From a virus: 64,000 nt of DNA. The notes under the pieces were generated by a model. That model was not told the origin of the DNA. It saw only the letters and a list, made by a program, of their open reading frames with translations, and ran no database searches. Position numbers and translations under genes: made by a program. This document shows positions 36,087 to 46,295 of this stretch, piece after piece. Positions within the stretch are counted from its first letter, which is position 1, and each line of letters starts with the position of its first letter. The stretch lies in the UHGV virus genome UHGV-0277313. One strand, given 5' to 3'.

Positions 36087-36490
36087 TGGAAGATATAGAC
36101 ATTGCAAAAAGAAATTTTTCAAAGATATGTGACAAGTTTTTAGGACAAACTATAACTTGTCAATTTAAAGGATATATTGTTACACAGATTAAACGAATAA
36201 ATATTCATTTGAATGAAAATTTTCACTTTTACGAATGGATTGAACAACCTATTGGGAATGCATTACCTCAATTTAAGGATTGTTTTGAAATTCCTTTTGA
36301 AGCTGAAAGCGAAGTAAAAGGTAATGACGTAGTAAAAGGTAATTGTGTGCAATTTCCAGTATTTGTAAATACGAATGTTTTATTCAAAAATAATAGACAA
36401 TTGATTTTTAAATATGGATTGATTTTTGATTGCTTATATTGTGAAGTAGAAGCAGAAGAAGTTGGATTATCTGTTTTAAACGAGGTTTGA
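36086..36490 (+). CDS. C-terminal-tail paralog family protein (ends EVGLSVLNEV)
   Basis: 134 aa, tail motif. Confidence 0.6.
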   Translation: MEDIDIAKRNFSKICDKFLGQTITCQFKGYIVTQIKRINIHLNENFHFYEWIEQPIGNALPQFKDCFEIPFEAESEVKGNDVVKGNCVQFPVFVNTNVLFKNNRQLIFKYGLIFDCLYCEVEAEEVGLSVLNEV

Positions 36491-36949
36491 ATGAAATTAA
36501 AATATGTTTATTGGTGTTTATTTTTATCGCCTCAACTTGCTATGTTGATAGGGGACTGTTGGCATTTTGCACCTGCCATAATTTTATTCCCGTTGCTTCC
36601 TATATTTACTATTGATTTTAGTTTCAATCATTGTACAAACTATTTAACAGTACACAATGTTACTGTAAAACGTTTGGTTGTAAAGGGCAATGTTTTTTAT
36701 GAGATAACAAATGATTTTTATTATAGGCTTTCAGTTAATGAAAAAATTAATGAGTTACAAATTTTAACAACCAGTTTATCAGATTTTGATATGTTTATGT
36801 TTGATATTTTATTTAAACATGTTATTAATAATTGGGTCAAAAAACAGTTTAACGGGGAGTTAAAAATAAAATATATAAAATTACCTAATCAAATATGTTA
36901 TAGACTTGAAAAAGTAGATATTGGTAATGTTTGTCTTAATTCAATTTAG
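36491..36949 (+). CDS. C-terminal-tail paralog family protein with hydrophobic N-terminus (ends DIGNVCLNSI)
   Basis: 152 aa; N-terminal TM-like segment; tail motif. Confidence 0.55.
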   Translation: MKLKYVYWCLFLSPQLAMLIGDCWHFAPAIILFPLLPIFTIDFSFNHCTNYLTVHNVTVKRLVVKGNVFYEITNDFYYRLSVNEKINELQILTTSLSDFDMFMFDILFKHVINNWVKKQFNGELKIKYIKLPNQICYRLEKVDIGNVCLNSI

Positions 36950-36961
36950 AGGTGTGTGTAA

Positions 36962-37588
36962 ATGTCAACAGAATATTTTTATATTAAAGAATCGACAAAA
37001 GAATTATTTGATTTAGGAAATGGTGGTCATTATTATGATTTGTATGAATTAATCTTGAAAAAGATTAGGTCTTTTCAAAAGTCAGGAACATCGATTGATG
37101 TTGTAAAAGAAAAGTTAAAGCCGTACATTTTAGAAGAATTCCAGTATTTTGATCCTGATACAACTGAAGATGATTCATATTTATGTTTTTTTGTTGAACG
37201 AGTTATTCCTTCTTTGTTAAATTGGATTGATGACACAACAAACCTGATAAATGATTATGAATTAGTTGTATCTGTCGAAAAAGAATTTGGTAAAGAATTT
37301 TGTGAGAACTTCTATGAAGAAAATCATAAAAGTTATGTAGATCAAGTATACAAAACTGTCGGTTCAATTTATGAAGATGAAACATTCGAAAATGGTATTA
37401 TTGATCGTTCAGTTACTTTTGATCGTGTGTTGATTGAATTGAAGCACGGGAAGACAGCATATCGTAAAAGTAAACCGAATATCATCTTTGGTTTGTTACC
37501 AAATGGCATATTTTCAGTTAATGATCATGGCGTTATCTTAATAAAAACAGATGATATTTTAGCAAATGATTGGATTGTTGTTGACTAA
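36962..37588 (+). CDS. hypothetical acidic protein
   Basis: 208 aa ORF, SD agaggtgtg. Confidence 0.55.
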   Translation: MSTEYFYIKESTKELFDLGNGGHYYDLYELILKKIRSFQKSGTSIDVVKEKLKPYILEEFQYFDPDTTEDDSYLCFFVERVIPSLLNWIDDTTNLINDYELVVSVEKEFGKEFCENFYEENHKSYVDQVYKTVGSIYEDETFENGIIDRSVTFDRVLIELKHGKTAYRKSKPNIIFGLLPNGIFSVNDHGVILIKTDDILANDWIVVD

Positions 37589-37640
37589 ATTATGAAAATG
37601 ATATATTATTATTTCATGTAGTAAATTCGGAGACAAGTTC

Positions 37641-37940
37641 ATGACTGAAAATTTAACAAAATCGGTAGAGAATTTCATATTATCAAATAAGATATATGGT
37701 TATGAAGTTTTGTCTATCTGTTCTGTTGAAGAATCTTTTCAGAAAGATTATCTTGCTATTGAATTAACAATTAAAACAGATACTTCTTTTAATACTGTAG
37801 AACATTGTGTATGGATTAGTAAAAAATATCTTGATGAAAAAGTGTATAAACATTTTAGGTATCAGCAACATAAAGATAAACAATGGGTAAGTGAAATTGT
37901 TCCGATTGAGATTGGTGAATTTGCTTTAGAGTCAATTTAA
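37641..37940 (+). CDS. C-terminal-tail paralog family protein (ends EIGEFALESI)
   Basis: 99 aa, tail motif, SD ttcggaga. Confidence 0.6.
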   Translation: MTENLTKSVENFILSNKIYGYEVLSICSVEESFQKDYLAIELTIKTDTSFNTVEHCVWISKKYLDEKVYKHFRYQQHKDKQWVSEIVPIEIGEFALESI

Positions 37941-37950
37941 AGAGAAACGA

Positions 37951-38142
37951 ATGATTGTAAATTTAATAGAAAGTCAAATAGTCAACAGAATAGATTGTGA
38001 ACATTTAAAACGTGTCGAAGATTTAGATAAGTTGGAATGTTTTAACGATTTAATAATGACAGATCTGAAAGAATGCGAAAAAGAACATCTGAAAATTTAC
38101 AATAAACAAATCGAAAAAGCGGGAACTTTTAATGGCCAATAA
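37951..38142 (+). CDS. small hypothetical protein
   Basis: 63 aa ORF. Confidence 0.35.
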   Translation: MIVNLIESQIVNRIDCEHLKRVEDLDKLECFNDLIMTDLKECEKEHLKIYNKQIEKAGTFNGQ

Positions 38143-38467
38143 AAATAAAAAGCTTGAGAGAATATATCAATTATTAAATGAAAAGAATTCAACGTTTTGT
38201 TTATATGATCGAGAAGTATATTTAAAAACATGTCATATATTTCAATTCGATGAATACAATAATGAATACACTGTTGCTGGAGAAATTCATTTAGATAAAG
38301 AGCGAACAGAGCAGCCTTTAGGGTATATAGTTGTAAGAGTCAGTAAAGAAGCTTTAAAATCTTTTCCGTATGTGTTTGAAAAAGGAGATTTAAAGTTAAC
38401 CGAAAAAGGGTTGTCTGTCTTCGTGGAAAGAAAAGAGGTTGGAAAAGTTGTTTTAGATAATGTTTAA
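38132..38467 (+). CDS. C-terminal-tail paralog family protein (ends EVGKVVLDNV)
   Basis: 111 aa, tail motif. Confidence 0.6.
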   Translation: MANKNKKLERIYQLLNEKNSTFCLYDREVYLKTCHIFQFDEYNNEYTVAGEIHLDKERTEQPLGYIVVRVSKEALKSFPYVFEKGDLKLTEKGLSVFVERKEVGKVVLDNV

Positions 38468-38471
38468 TTAG

Positions 38472-38500
38472 TTGACATATAGCTTTTTATATGATATATT
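38472..38500 (+). promoter_or_regulatory. sigma70-like promoter (TTGACA-N17-TATATT)
   Basis: agTTGACAtatagctttttatatgaTATATT, upstream of repeat copy B. Confidence 0.5.
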
Positions 38501-38537
38501 ACAAAATATAAATTCTCATCCAAATGTTATTTTTAAA

Positions 38538-38790
38538 ATATATCTTGATTTCTAAATTGATATGAGGTAATCTAAAAGAATAGAAGTTTATCTATAAAGT
38601 TTTAAAATTAAGTTGGAAGGTTTGTGATTTTGTTATACAAGGTGACTAAATCAATGGAAGAAAGAGGATACTTTGTTTAGGTTACAAATTCAACTTGATT
38701 TTAAATACAAAAGAAAATCTGAGTGAAATAAAGGTTTTCTCCTTAGAAATAAGGTTGTTTTTAGATTCATGTCATCTAAATCTATATAAA
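38538..38790 (+). ncRNA. ~250 bp repeated putative small transcription unit, copy B
   Basis: paralog of 17985-18236; mini-ORF MEERGYFV (38654-38680); terminal hairpin tttagat-tcatgtc-atctaaa with compensatory changes relative to copy A. Confidence 0.4.
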
Positions 38791-38840
38791 TTTTATAATA
38801 GTTTAGAGTGGTGAGTTATTTTAAGAGAGGTATTTTTGTT

Positions 38841-38957
38841 TTGCTAAGTTTAGGTGTTGTCTTTACTGTTGTTGCAGTATTAGGTTTCGTTTGGGCAATC
38901 AAATTGTCTAAAGTTGTAGAAAAGGCTGATAAAGCCGATCATGAAAATAAAAACTAA
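38841..38957 (+). CDS. small hydrophobic protein (possible SPFH partner)
   Basis: ~38 aa LLSLGVVFTVVAVLGFVWAIKLSKVVEKADKADHENKN from TTG at 38841 with SD agagagg; below ORF-track cutoff. Confidence 0.3.
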   Translation: MLSLGVVFTVVAVLGFVWAIKLSKVVEKADKADHENKN

Positions 38958-38970
38958 TTGAGGTGTGGAA

Positions 38971-40119
38971 ATGTCTTTTAAAAGCTTGACAATCGTTACG
39001 ATCGTAGTGTGTTTAGTGCTTTTTGTTTGTTTAGCAGGAGGTCTGTTTGAAACAAACAGTTTTGGAAATTATCAGATTAAACAGGCGGCTGTTACTGGCC
39101 ATGTAACCGTTCGGACGGCGCCAGGTCTTTATTGGCAAGGATTTGGGCAAATCACTACATACCCTGTTTCTGAAGACCTTGATTTTGAAGATTCAAATAT
39201 GACTGTACGTTTCAATGATGGATCTGTTGCTAGTGTGAAAGGTACAGTCAAATACAAATTGCCAATGTTAGAAAAATTGCAGATGGAATTGCATCGTGAC
39301 TATGGCTCGTTTAAAAATGTTGAAGAAGATTTGATTCGCAAAAATGTTGCTGAAGCATTGTCACAGGCCGCTACGTTGATGGTTGCTGAAGATTCATATT
39401 CTGCAAGACGTGCTGAATTTTCAGATGCGGCGAAGAAACAGTTGGAAAACGGCATTTTCAAAACGTCTACAAAAGTTGTTGATTCGACTGATGAAAATGG
39501 AACAAAATTCAAACAGCGCATCATTAACATTGTTTATGATAATGAAGGGAACCCTATCGTTCAGAAGAAGTCGTTGTTGAAGCACTACGGAATTGAAATT
39601 CTTCAGTTTGTTGTAAATGATTTTGGCTACGATTCTAAAATTAACGATTTGATTTCGAAAAAGAAAGAAGCTGAACAGTTAAAAGTTGTTAGTACGGCAA
39701 ACGCTGAACGTGCTAAACAGGATGCTTTAACAGCTGAAGCGCAAGGGAAGGCCAGAATTGCAGAAGCCCGTGCAAATGCTGAAGTACAGAAAACTACAGA
39801 AGTCGTAGAAGCACAGAAACGTGCTGAAGTAGCTAAACTTGCGGCTGAACAGGCTAAATACGAAGCCTTGAAGGTCAAGCAGGAAGGTGAGGCTGAAGCA
39901 TATGCAAATAAACTGAAAGTGCAAGCGGGTTTGACACCTTTAGAAAAAGCAACAATCGAAAAAGAAACCCGCATTGGAATTGCAAAAGCATTGGCTAGCG
40001 TTAAATTTCCTGAACACATGATCATTTCAGGTGGTAGTTCAGGTACAAGTTCAACAAATCCTTTTGACGCAGTAGGACTTAAAGCACTCTACGAATTGTC
40101 AAATAGTTTGAATAAATAA
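38971..40119 (+). CDS. SPFH/band-7 (HflK/C, flotillin-like) membrane protein
   Basis: N-terminal TM, SPFH-like core, C-terminal Ala/Glu/Lys-rich coiled coil (AEARANAEVQK...AEQAKYEALKVKQEGEAEAYANK); ATG at 38971 with SD gaggtg. Confidence 0.6.
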   Translation: MSFKSLTIVTIVVCLVLFVCLAGGLFETNSFGNYQIKQAAVTGHVTVRTAPGLYWQGFGQITTYPVSEDLDFEDSNMTVRFNDGSVASVKGTVKYKLPMLEKLQMELHRDYGSFKNVEEDLIRKNVAEALSQAATLMVAEDSYSARRAEFSDAAKKQLENGIFKTSTKVVDSTDENGTKFKQRIINIVYDNEGNPIVQKKSLLKHYGIEILQFVVNDFGYDSKINDLISKKKEAEQLKVVSTANAERAKQDALTAEAQGKARIAEARANAEVQKTTEVVEAQKRAEVAKLAAEQAKYEALKVKQEGEAEAYANKLKVQAGLTPLEKATIEKETRIGIAKALASVKFPEHMIISGGSSGTSSTNPFDAVGLKALYELSNSLNK

Positions 40120-40126
40120 ACTCAAA

Positions 40127-40161
40127 CAGAAGCGAAGTTCAAATACTTCGCTTCTGTTTTG
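40127..40161 (+). terminator. rho-independent terminator
   Basis: cagaagcgaagt-tcaaat-acttcgcttctg + tttt. Confidence 0.7.
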
Positions 40162-40219
40162 TCTTGACATTGCATCTTAATCAGCATAGAATGAATTTAA
40201 ATAAACAAATAGGTGACAA

Positions 40220-40562
40220 AATGACTAATTGCTTAATGAATGCTACATATACTAAAATGCAAGAAAGGTTGTTGTCTGATGATAACTTAAAAGCATTTAC
40301 AGTATGTTGTGATATAGTTAAAAATGAATTCTTTTTTATTGAACGTATTGATTCTGATGCCGTAATCACAAACAACAACAAATACAAAGACTATATTAGT
40401 TTGTGGGATTATCAAATCGAACAATTGTCAAATGAAGGCGTTGAATGGATTAGACGTTTATTAGATCGTGACAATATTTTAATTGTAACGAAATGCAACA
40501 ACAAAGAAGACTGCATTAAATTAATTAAAGAATTGGAAAAAGTCAAATTCAACGTTCATTAA
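40220..40562 (+). CDS. hypothetical protein
   Basis: ATG at 40220 preceded by aggtga; ORF track start 40164. Confidence 0.5.
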
Positions 40563-40813
40563 ACATAATAATCTTTTGAATTCTGTTCGTTTAAAACTTC
40601 TTCTTCTTCATGAGCTTTTTGACAATGGTTTCGGGAACCCGTGAAAATAGAAAAGAACACGTCAAGAGAGAAACATATTATAATAAATATTATGTTGCCT
40701 TCATATGATTTTCTATAGCTTCTTGCCGCAATAGTTTCATCAGGATGCCCAAACAAAATACTGTTAAAAAGTTGGCTGATAGCAATTAAAATGTTTTTGA
40801 TATATTGTTTCAT
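40559..40813 (-). CDS. small membrane protein
   Basis: 84 aa with 2 hydrophobic segments; SD aggtga on minus strand. Confidence 0.5.
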   Translation of the reverse strand: MKQYIKNILIAISQLFNSILFGHPDETIAARSYRKSYEGNIIFIIICFSLDVFFSIFTGSRNHCQKAHEEEEVLNEQNSKDYYV

Positions 40814-40914
40814 CTATTCACCTATATTCTTTCTTTTAAGAACAAATAAAACTTGACAATTTCGTTTGCTTGTTTTATCTTTAGAGTGTAAATAGAAATT
40901 TGAGGTAATTTTAT

Positions 40915-41382
40915 ATGGGAAAGATTAATAAGAAATATAAAGCCAATATTTACCGTGATTCATGGGCGATCGATGTGGCTTTTTATGCATGGTTGTTGCC
41001 TAGATTAAAAGCTTTTAGAGATTATACAAATGGTTGGCCTAATCAATTGTATGATACGTTTGAAGATTTTATTGCTGATATCGATGAAAAAATCAAATGG
41101 CTAGAGTTTTTGTATAAAGCAACATGTAATAGAAAAGATATTAAAATTACAAAAGAAGAAATTGATTCATTATTTAACGAAGAAATGAATGACAAATATT
41201 ATGAAGGCGATTGGAGACATTGGCTTAATTTAAAGCCTTTACATATGAAATGTGGGGACTTTGAAAAAATATATGATGAAGATGAAAGTCACTATATTTG
41301 GAAACAGGAAATTTTAACAAATGTTTTAGGTAAAGCATTTGGTGAATGGTTTGGTAAAAATTATTCGACTTTATGGTGGTAA
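40915..41382 (+). CDS. hypothetical Trp-rich protein
   Basis: 155 aa; promoter TTGACA(40852)-N17-TATCTT upstream. Confidence 0.55.
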   Translation: MGKINKKYKANIYRDSWAIDVAFYAWLLPRLKAFRDYTNGWPNQLYDTFEDFIADIDEKIKWLEFLYKATCNRKDIKITKEEIDSLFNEEMNDKYYEGDWRHWLNLKPLHMKCGDFEKIYDEDESHYIWKQEILTNVLGKAFGEWFGKNYSTLWW

Positions 41383-41388
41383 ACTTTA

Positions 41389-41586
41389 ATGAAGAATTTT
41401 ATCTTGTGTTTATCTAAATTGCAACTATTGTTTGTTGTGGTTATGACAATAGTTGTCTTAACACAAGTTTTTAACGAAACCGAAGAAAGCCTTTTTATAT
41501 TCAAAGTTTATATGTTGTTTAATGTTTTTTCTGTAGCTTTATGGTTGTTTGGTGATATTGTTGCAGAAGATTTAGAAAGCAATTGA
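41389..41586 (+). CDS. small membrane protein
   Basis: 65 aa, two hydrophobic stretches. Confidence 0.4.
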   Translation: MKNFILCLSKLQLLFVVVMTIVVLTQVFNETEESLFIFKVYMLFNVFSVALWLFGDIVAEDLESN

Positions 41587-41594
41587 TTGTTTAA

Positions 41595-41957
41595 ATGATT
41601 AGCAAAAAAGATTTTTTAGATTATAAAGATCCACATTTCCAAAAGATATTGAAAATTATTCAAAGTCATTGCTATACATATGTCACAGATTGTTTACACG
41701 ATATCTGTGGTGGAAGCTGTAGAAATGGAAAGAACACATTTATTCAAAAATGGGATATTCAAGGTTGTAATACAGCAATAGATTCAGTTTGGGTTCAGGT
41801 TTATTCAAAAAGCAGGCATGCCTATTTTGCACATGAAGATTGTTTCAGAAGGGAACATTTATCTTTTAATGAATTAAACTTCTTAACAGATAAATATACA
41901 AAAACAAAATATATTTCATTGAAAGAATGTGGTGAAGCTGTGTTGGAGTCGATTTAA
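41595..41957 (+). CDS. C-terminal-tail paralog family protein, Cys-rich (ends ECGEAVLESI)
   Basis: 120 aa, tail motif. Confidence 0.55.
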   Translation: MISKKDFLDYKDPHFQKILKIIQSHCYTYVTDCLHDICGGSCRNGKNTFIQKWDIQGCNTAIDSVWVQVYSKSRHAYFAHEDCFRREHLSFNELNFLTDKYTKTKYISLKECGEAVLESI

Positions 41958-42310
41958 TGAATGACGATTATAATTTATATGTAGGTGAGATTCTTCGATT
42001 TGGTGAAGGTGAATATGAAGATTATTTCACATTTGGTGATCGAGTGGTTTTGAAAGATTTTAATATTCAAGATGAAGCTAAATATTATCTTGATGAATCT
42101 CAAGTAATAGGAATTTATGATTTCCTAAAAAGACTTGATTCAAAAGGTTTAACAAAAGAGGTAAACAACCGTACTTTCTATATTGGCGCTGGATACGTTG
42201 ATAACAATCAAGATTTTGATTGGTTTGAAAATTTGAGTCAAGAAGAAGTGCAAAAGAATATTGATAATTACTATGACGAGAGCGACGTAGAAGATGAAGA
42301 AGAGAATTAA
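41957..42310 (+). CDS. hypothetical acidic protein
   Basis: 117 aa, acidic C-terminal tail DESDVEDEEEN. Confidence 0.5.
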   Translation: MNDDYNLYVGEILRFGEGEYEDYFTFGDRVVLKDFNIQDEAKYYLDESQVIGIYDFLKRLDSKGLTKEVNNRTFYIGAGYVDNNQDFDWFENLSQEEVQKNIDNYYDESDVEDEEEN

Positions 42311-42851
42311 GTTTCGAGTTTGGGATAAATGTAATCGAGAATATTGGTCATTCAATAAGATTGATGATAAGTATGATTGGTTAGTTGACGAACAAGATCC
42401 TATAGGAAAAGATTTCATTATCATCGAGAAAAATACTAGAATGTGTGATTCATGTGGCAATGAAATTTATGAAAATGATTTTGTTGATATTACAGATGTT
42501 GGCCTGTGCGTCATGCGTAAAAACCAAAAAACAAATACATGGTCTTTTGTTTTGTCGATTAAAAATAAACCTGATCGTTGGTTTAGTGTAGAAGATGTAA
42601 AAGATAAAAATAAACGCAGAGTAGGTGATATACATATGAATGATTTCTATCAGGCTAAACCTGTTGCGAGATGTGTAGGTGGATATCATTTACGGAAAGA
42701 TTATATTGAGCGGGAAATCGATCACATATTATCTGGTTTAATGGAGCATGAAAATGTTTCTGTAAGTCGTAAGTTTCTTAAAAAGATTAAGACAAAATTG
42801 ATGAGATTAAATGAAATTAAACATCAATCTAGTCGCATCACAAGACTTTAA
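42294..42851 (+). CDS. hypothetical protein
   Basis: 185 aa ORF. Confidence 0.5.
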   Translation: MKKRIKFRVWDKCNREYWSFNKIDDKYDWLVDEQDPIGKDFIIIEKNTRMCDSCGNEIYENDFVDITDVGLCVMRKNQKTNTWSFVLSIKNKPDRWFSVEDVKDKNKRRVGDIHMNDFYQAKPVARCVGGYHLRKDYIEREIDHILSGLMEHENVSVSRKFLKKIKTKLMRLNEIKHQSSRITRL

Positions 42852-42904
42852 CACAAACAATTTTTGTTCTTGATTGTACTAATATTTAACTATAGGTTGT
42901 TGAA

Positions 42905-43570
42905 ATGTTTGATCAAAATACAGTAATTCATTTTGAAAATGAAAACAAAGATGAAATTAAAAAGACGTTAGATGAATTGTTTTCATATGAAGAGACATTA
43001 GAAGATAATTCCAATGTAAAACTTGACCTTAAAGGTAAAAGTCTTGATACAATTGCTTTTGTTTTGAAAGAAGCTTTGAACAATTCAGAATTGAAAAACG
43101 TTCAATTGTTAACTAATGTCCTTTGTTTATTGAAATCATATTTTACATTTGATTCTAGCTTTTTTGAATCAGAAGACATTTATGTTAATAAATCTGTTGA
43201 ATTAATTGATTTGAAACGTCGTTTGAAAAGTGATATTGATAAAGTATCACGTCAGGTAGCTATCTATTTTCTGTCAATTTGTCGGTCTTTGAACAAGGTT
43301 GAATACACAATGCTTGATTCATATCGGCCGTTGCCAAACCTTTATCATACAATATTTTTAACGACTGATATGGTTACTATCAGCAGCATTTTATGTGACG
43401 TTAAAGATGGTTCTTTTTCTGAATGTTCATTAGTTCGTGATGCTAATTTGTATTTCAATTCAATCATGAGTAAGTACAGAATTGGGAATGAAATGATGAA
43501 TGAATTTTTAAGACCAATCTTAAAACAATTCCAAAAAGAAGACGGTGCTAAAAATGAAAAAGCTGATTAA
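42905..43570 (+). CDS. hypothetical protein
   Basis: 221 aa ORF. Confidence 0.55.
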   Translation: MFDQNTVIHFENENKDEIKKTLDELFSYEETLEDNSNVKLDLKGKSLDTIAFVLKEALNNSELKNVQLLTNVLCLLKSYFTFDSSFFESEDIYVNKSVELIDLKRRLKSDIDKVSRQVAIYFLSICRSLNKVEYTMLDSYRPLPNLYHTIFLTTDMVTISSILCDVKDGSFSECSLVRDANLYFNSIMSKYRIGNEMMNEFLRPILKQFQKEDGAKNEKAD

Positions 43571-44210
43571 ATATAGTGAATTAATTGAATACGCATTAAC
43601 ATACATTGCATCAGTGTGTGAGAATATTGATGGGATGAAACCTTCTATTCCTGATGATGTTAAAAATGGTTATACACGTGTTTTAGCGAACAACGGCAAA
43701 CATTCAATTACAATGGTAGTATCAGATGGAACCGTTGCTCAAGTAGCATCTTCAACTGTTCGTTCTGAATTAACAAGCTTTCTATCAACACAAGGTGTTT
43801 ATTCTAAAGCTGGAACTTTGATTAATGCTAAAGGTGTGCTTAATTTCTTCAATTATTTAGCATCTTTTATCAGTGGTCATGTGTTTACAGTTGTGAATAA
43901 TGTGTCAGGAAATAAATGCTGTGTGTATAAAGCAGGGAATGTTTCTGTGTCAGGGGTTTCGAGATTGTCAGAAGAAATAGATTCAGATCCTGAACGTCAT
44001 AATGTAATCTTTACAGCAACACATAATGAAAACAATCTTGCATCTCTGACAGAAGCACTAAAAAATGTAACTAGTGTAAAAAGTATTAATACGTTAATTA
44101 ATTACGCTTGCTCATCGTCTTCGTCATCATCAAGTTCATCTTGTAGTTGTTCAAGTAGTTCAAGTTGTTGCAGCTCGTCTTCTTCGTATATTGTCTATAT
44201 GATGATTTAA
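43552..44210 (+). CDS. hypothetical protein with Ser/Cys-rich low-complexity C-terminal tail
   Basis: ends ...ACSSSSSSSSSSCSCSSSSSCCSSSSSYIVYMMI; paralogous core to 44223-44783. Confidence 0.5.
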
Positions 44211-44222
44211 AGGTTTACAATA

Positions 44223-44783
44223 ATGGATATTACGTACAGCAATATTACGACAACAATGCTGAACAAACTGATTGCGATGTGTGATAATATCAATCGTTTT
44301 GGTTCTATTGACGCTTGCTTTAAAGCAGGATTTGAAACTGTTGTAAATGTTAATCATACATATAACGCACCTGGTGCCGGTGGAAGAGTTGAATATGTAC
44401 CTATTTCTAAATACAGTTTAACTGGCAATGCAATTCCGCAACAGTCAGCGGCAAATTTGACAAATGACTATAATGCATTTATTGCAAAATTAGGTTTAAA
44501 TTTAAATGAAAAATGTACCGTAAATGGTATGTTTTATTTGTTAGAAAACATTACTGAATTTGCTAAATGTAATATCTTTTTTGCAACAAGTATTTACACA
44601 GGAAATAAGTGGGTAGTTTATATTCCTTCAAATGAATCTGTACGTATACATGATATGTCTGAATTATCTGATGATATTGCTCGTGAAAACCCTGTTGTAA
44701 AAATCATTGAAGAATATGTTTCAGGTATTCGTAATCGCATCAGGGCATACCCTGCGATTTATACGTATATTATTGTTCAATAA
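44223..44783 (+). CDS. hypothetical protein (paralog of previous, no poly-Ser tail)
   Basis: 186 aa; shared GNKxxVY..SNESV..SELSDDI blocks. Confidence 0.5.
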   Translation: MDITYSNITTTMLNKLIAMCDNINRFGSIDACFKAGFETVVNVNHTYNAPGAGGRVEYVPISKYSLTGNAIPQQSAANLTNDYNAFIAKLGLNLNEKCTVNGMFYLLENITEFAKCNIFFATSIYTGNKWVVYIPSNESVRIHDMSELSDDIARENPVVKIIEEYVSGIRNRIRAYPAIYTYIIVQ

Positions 44784-44793
44784 GGAAATTTCG

Positions 44794-45432
44794 ATGAAAA
44801 AGTTTAATTTAAAATTAGGTAATAACATTTGTCCTTTTTGTGGTAGTGAATTAACATATAATGACGAATATAAAATTGTTTACTGTAAGATATGTAAAGA
44901 AAAAGGTCATGCAGTACAATTTAAATATAAAGATGATCCACAAGAAGCATTTGATTATGCAAACACAAGAAACGGTGAAAATGAACTGTTGGAAAAACTT
45001 CAGGATTTGTATGCATATCTTAAACAATTAGGTATTGAAGGTCAAAATCTTGAAGATATTTCAGTTGCATCAGAAGGTGAATTGCCAAACAACGGTTGGA
45101 TTATTACTGAAGAAGCTGTTGCCTTGCCTTGCGAAGAACCTCATGATGTAATGTATTCACATTTGGTTACAGATAAATCTATCAATTTGTCTGATCGTCA
45201 AGCTGTTTGTAATTCTTTGCATTGTATTAATGTGACATACGTCATGAAAGTCCTTGACATTTATATTCCAAAAAGATATAATGCTAAACAGAAAGAAGTT
45301 TTAACGAAGGTTTGTTCAAAGTATCCAAAAGATACCAAAATTGAAGTTGAGTATTTGACAGATGCTAAAGGAAAACAGTTCGAAACTTTTGATGGAATAA
45401 GTGACTTTTTACTATTTTTGGATACGATCTAA
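44794..45432 (+). CDS. zinc-ribbon protein
   Basis: N-terminal CPFCGS...YCKICK (CxxC-x17-CxxC); ATG at 44794 with SD aaggaaa; heads the radical-SAM array. Confidence 0.5.
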   Translation: MKKFNLKLGNNICPFCGSELTYNDEYKIVYCKICKEKGHAVQFKYKDDPQEAFDYANTRNGENELLEKLQDLYAYLKQLGIEGQNLEDISVASEGELPNNGWIITEEAVALPCEEPHDVMYSHLVTDKSINLSDRQAVCNSLHCINVTYVMKVLDIYIPKRYNAKQKEVLTKVCSKYPKDTKIEVEYLTDAKGKQFETFDGISDFLLFLDTI

Positions 45433-46295
45433 TGAACATTAAACCAATTACGGAATTTCTTCTTTGGGATAATTGCAATAATAATTGTAAATTTTGTTTT
45501 CAACGTAAGAATCCGCGATTGTTTTCATTAGATGGTCAAAAACAAATTCTTGATAATGTATTAAGTTTTCTTAATTCAGACGATTATATAAAAGGAAGTC
45601 ATGTACTTGTTGTTGGCGGTGAGCTTTTCGACCGTGAACGCGAGTTCATGCTTCCTTTTTTTGAACAGATTATAGAAAAAATGTTATCTGATGATATAGA
45701 TATTCTATATCTGAATACGAATTTAATTTATGATGCAACATATTCGACGATGCTTAAACCTGTTTTAAAATTATTTGATGCAAATAATTTATTTGACAGG
45801 TTAAAGTTTACAACATCTTTTGATATTGCAGGAAGGTTTAAGACCAAACAGGCACGATCATTAGTATTAAGCAACCTTTTACTGCTAAAGGAAGATTTTC
45901 CAAAATTGCGAACTGTTGTTAATATAATTTTAACAAAACAGTTTTGTGAAAGTGTCATTTATGAAAAGTTTGAAATCTTTCATTTTATGGAATCTTTTGG
46001 AGTTAATACAAATCTAATTCCGTATATTGTTTTAGATAAAGAATTGTGCGCCGATCGGGAAACTATCTTTGCCGCTTTACGAAAGATTAATGAACAACAT
46101 CCAGAATATATCAGACAATACGTAGATAATATGGATTTGCGACATAAACGTTATTTGTATGCTTGTTACCCTGAACATTTACAATTATGTAGTTGTGAAG
46201 ATTCAGAATGTGGTCATTCAATAAACTTTAAGAAATATAGTGATGATCCAGAAGCTTGTTTTGTATGTGATTTAAAAAAAGAGTTTGATCAATGA
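45432..46295 (+). CDS. radical SAM enzyme, paralog 1 (QueE/activase-like) with C-terminal Cys-rich tail
   Basis: WDNCNNNCKFC (CxxxCxxC), VVGGELFD SAM-binding GGE; tail CEDSECGHS...CFVCD. Confidence 0.7.
   Translation: MNIKPITEFLLWDNCNNNCKFCFQRKNPRLFSLDGQKQILDNVLSFLNSDDYIKGSHVLVVGGELFDREREFMLPFFEQIIEKMLSDDIDILYLNTNLIYDATYSTMLKPVLKLFDANNLFDRLKFTTSFDIAGRFKTKQARSLVLSNLLLLKEDFPKLRTVVNIILTKQFCESVIYEKFEIFHFMESFGVNTNLIPYIVLDKELCADRETIFAALRKINEQHPEYIRQYVDNMDLRHKRYLYACYPEHLQLCSCEDSECGHSINFKKYSDDPEACFVCDLKKEFDQ

Noticed and set aside
39300-40025. Minus-strand ORFs (76, 132, 65 aa) inside the SPFH gene
   Set aside because: Antisense frames of the Ala/Glu/Lys-rich coiled-coil coding region; a low-complexity artefact.
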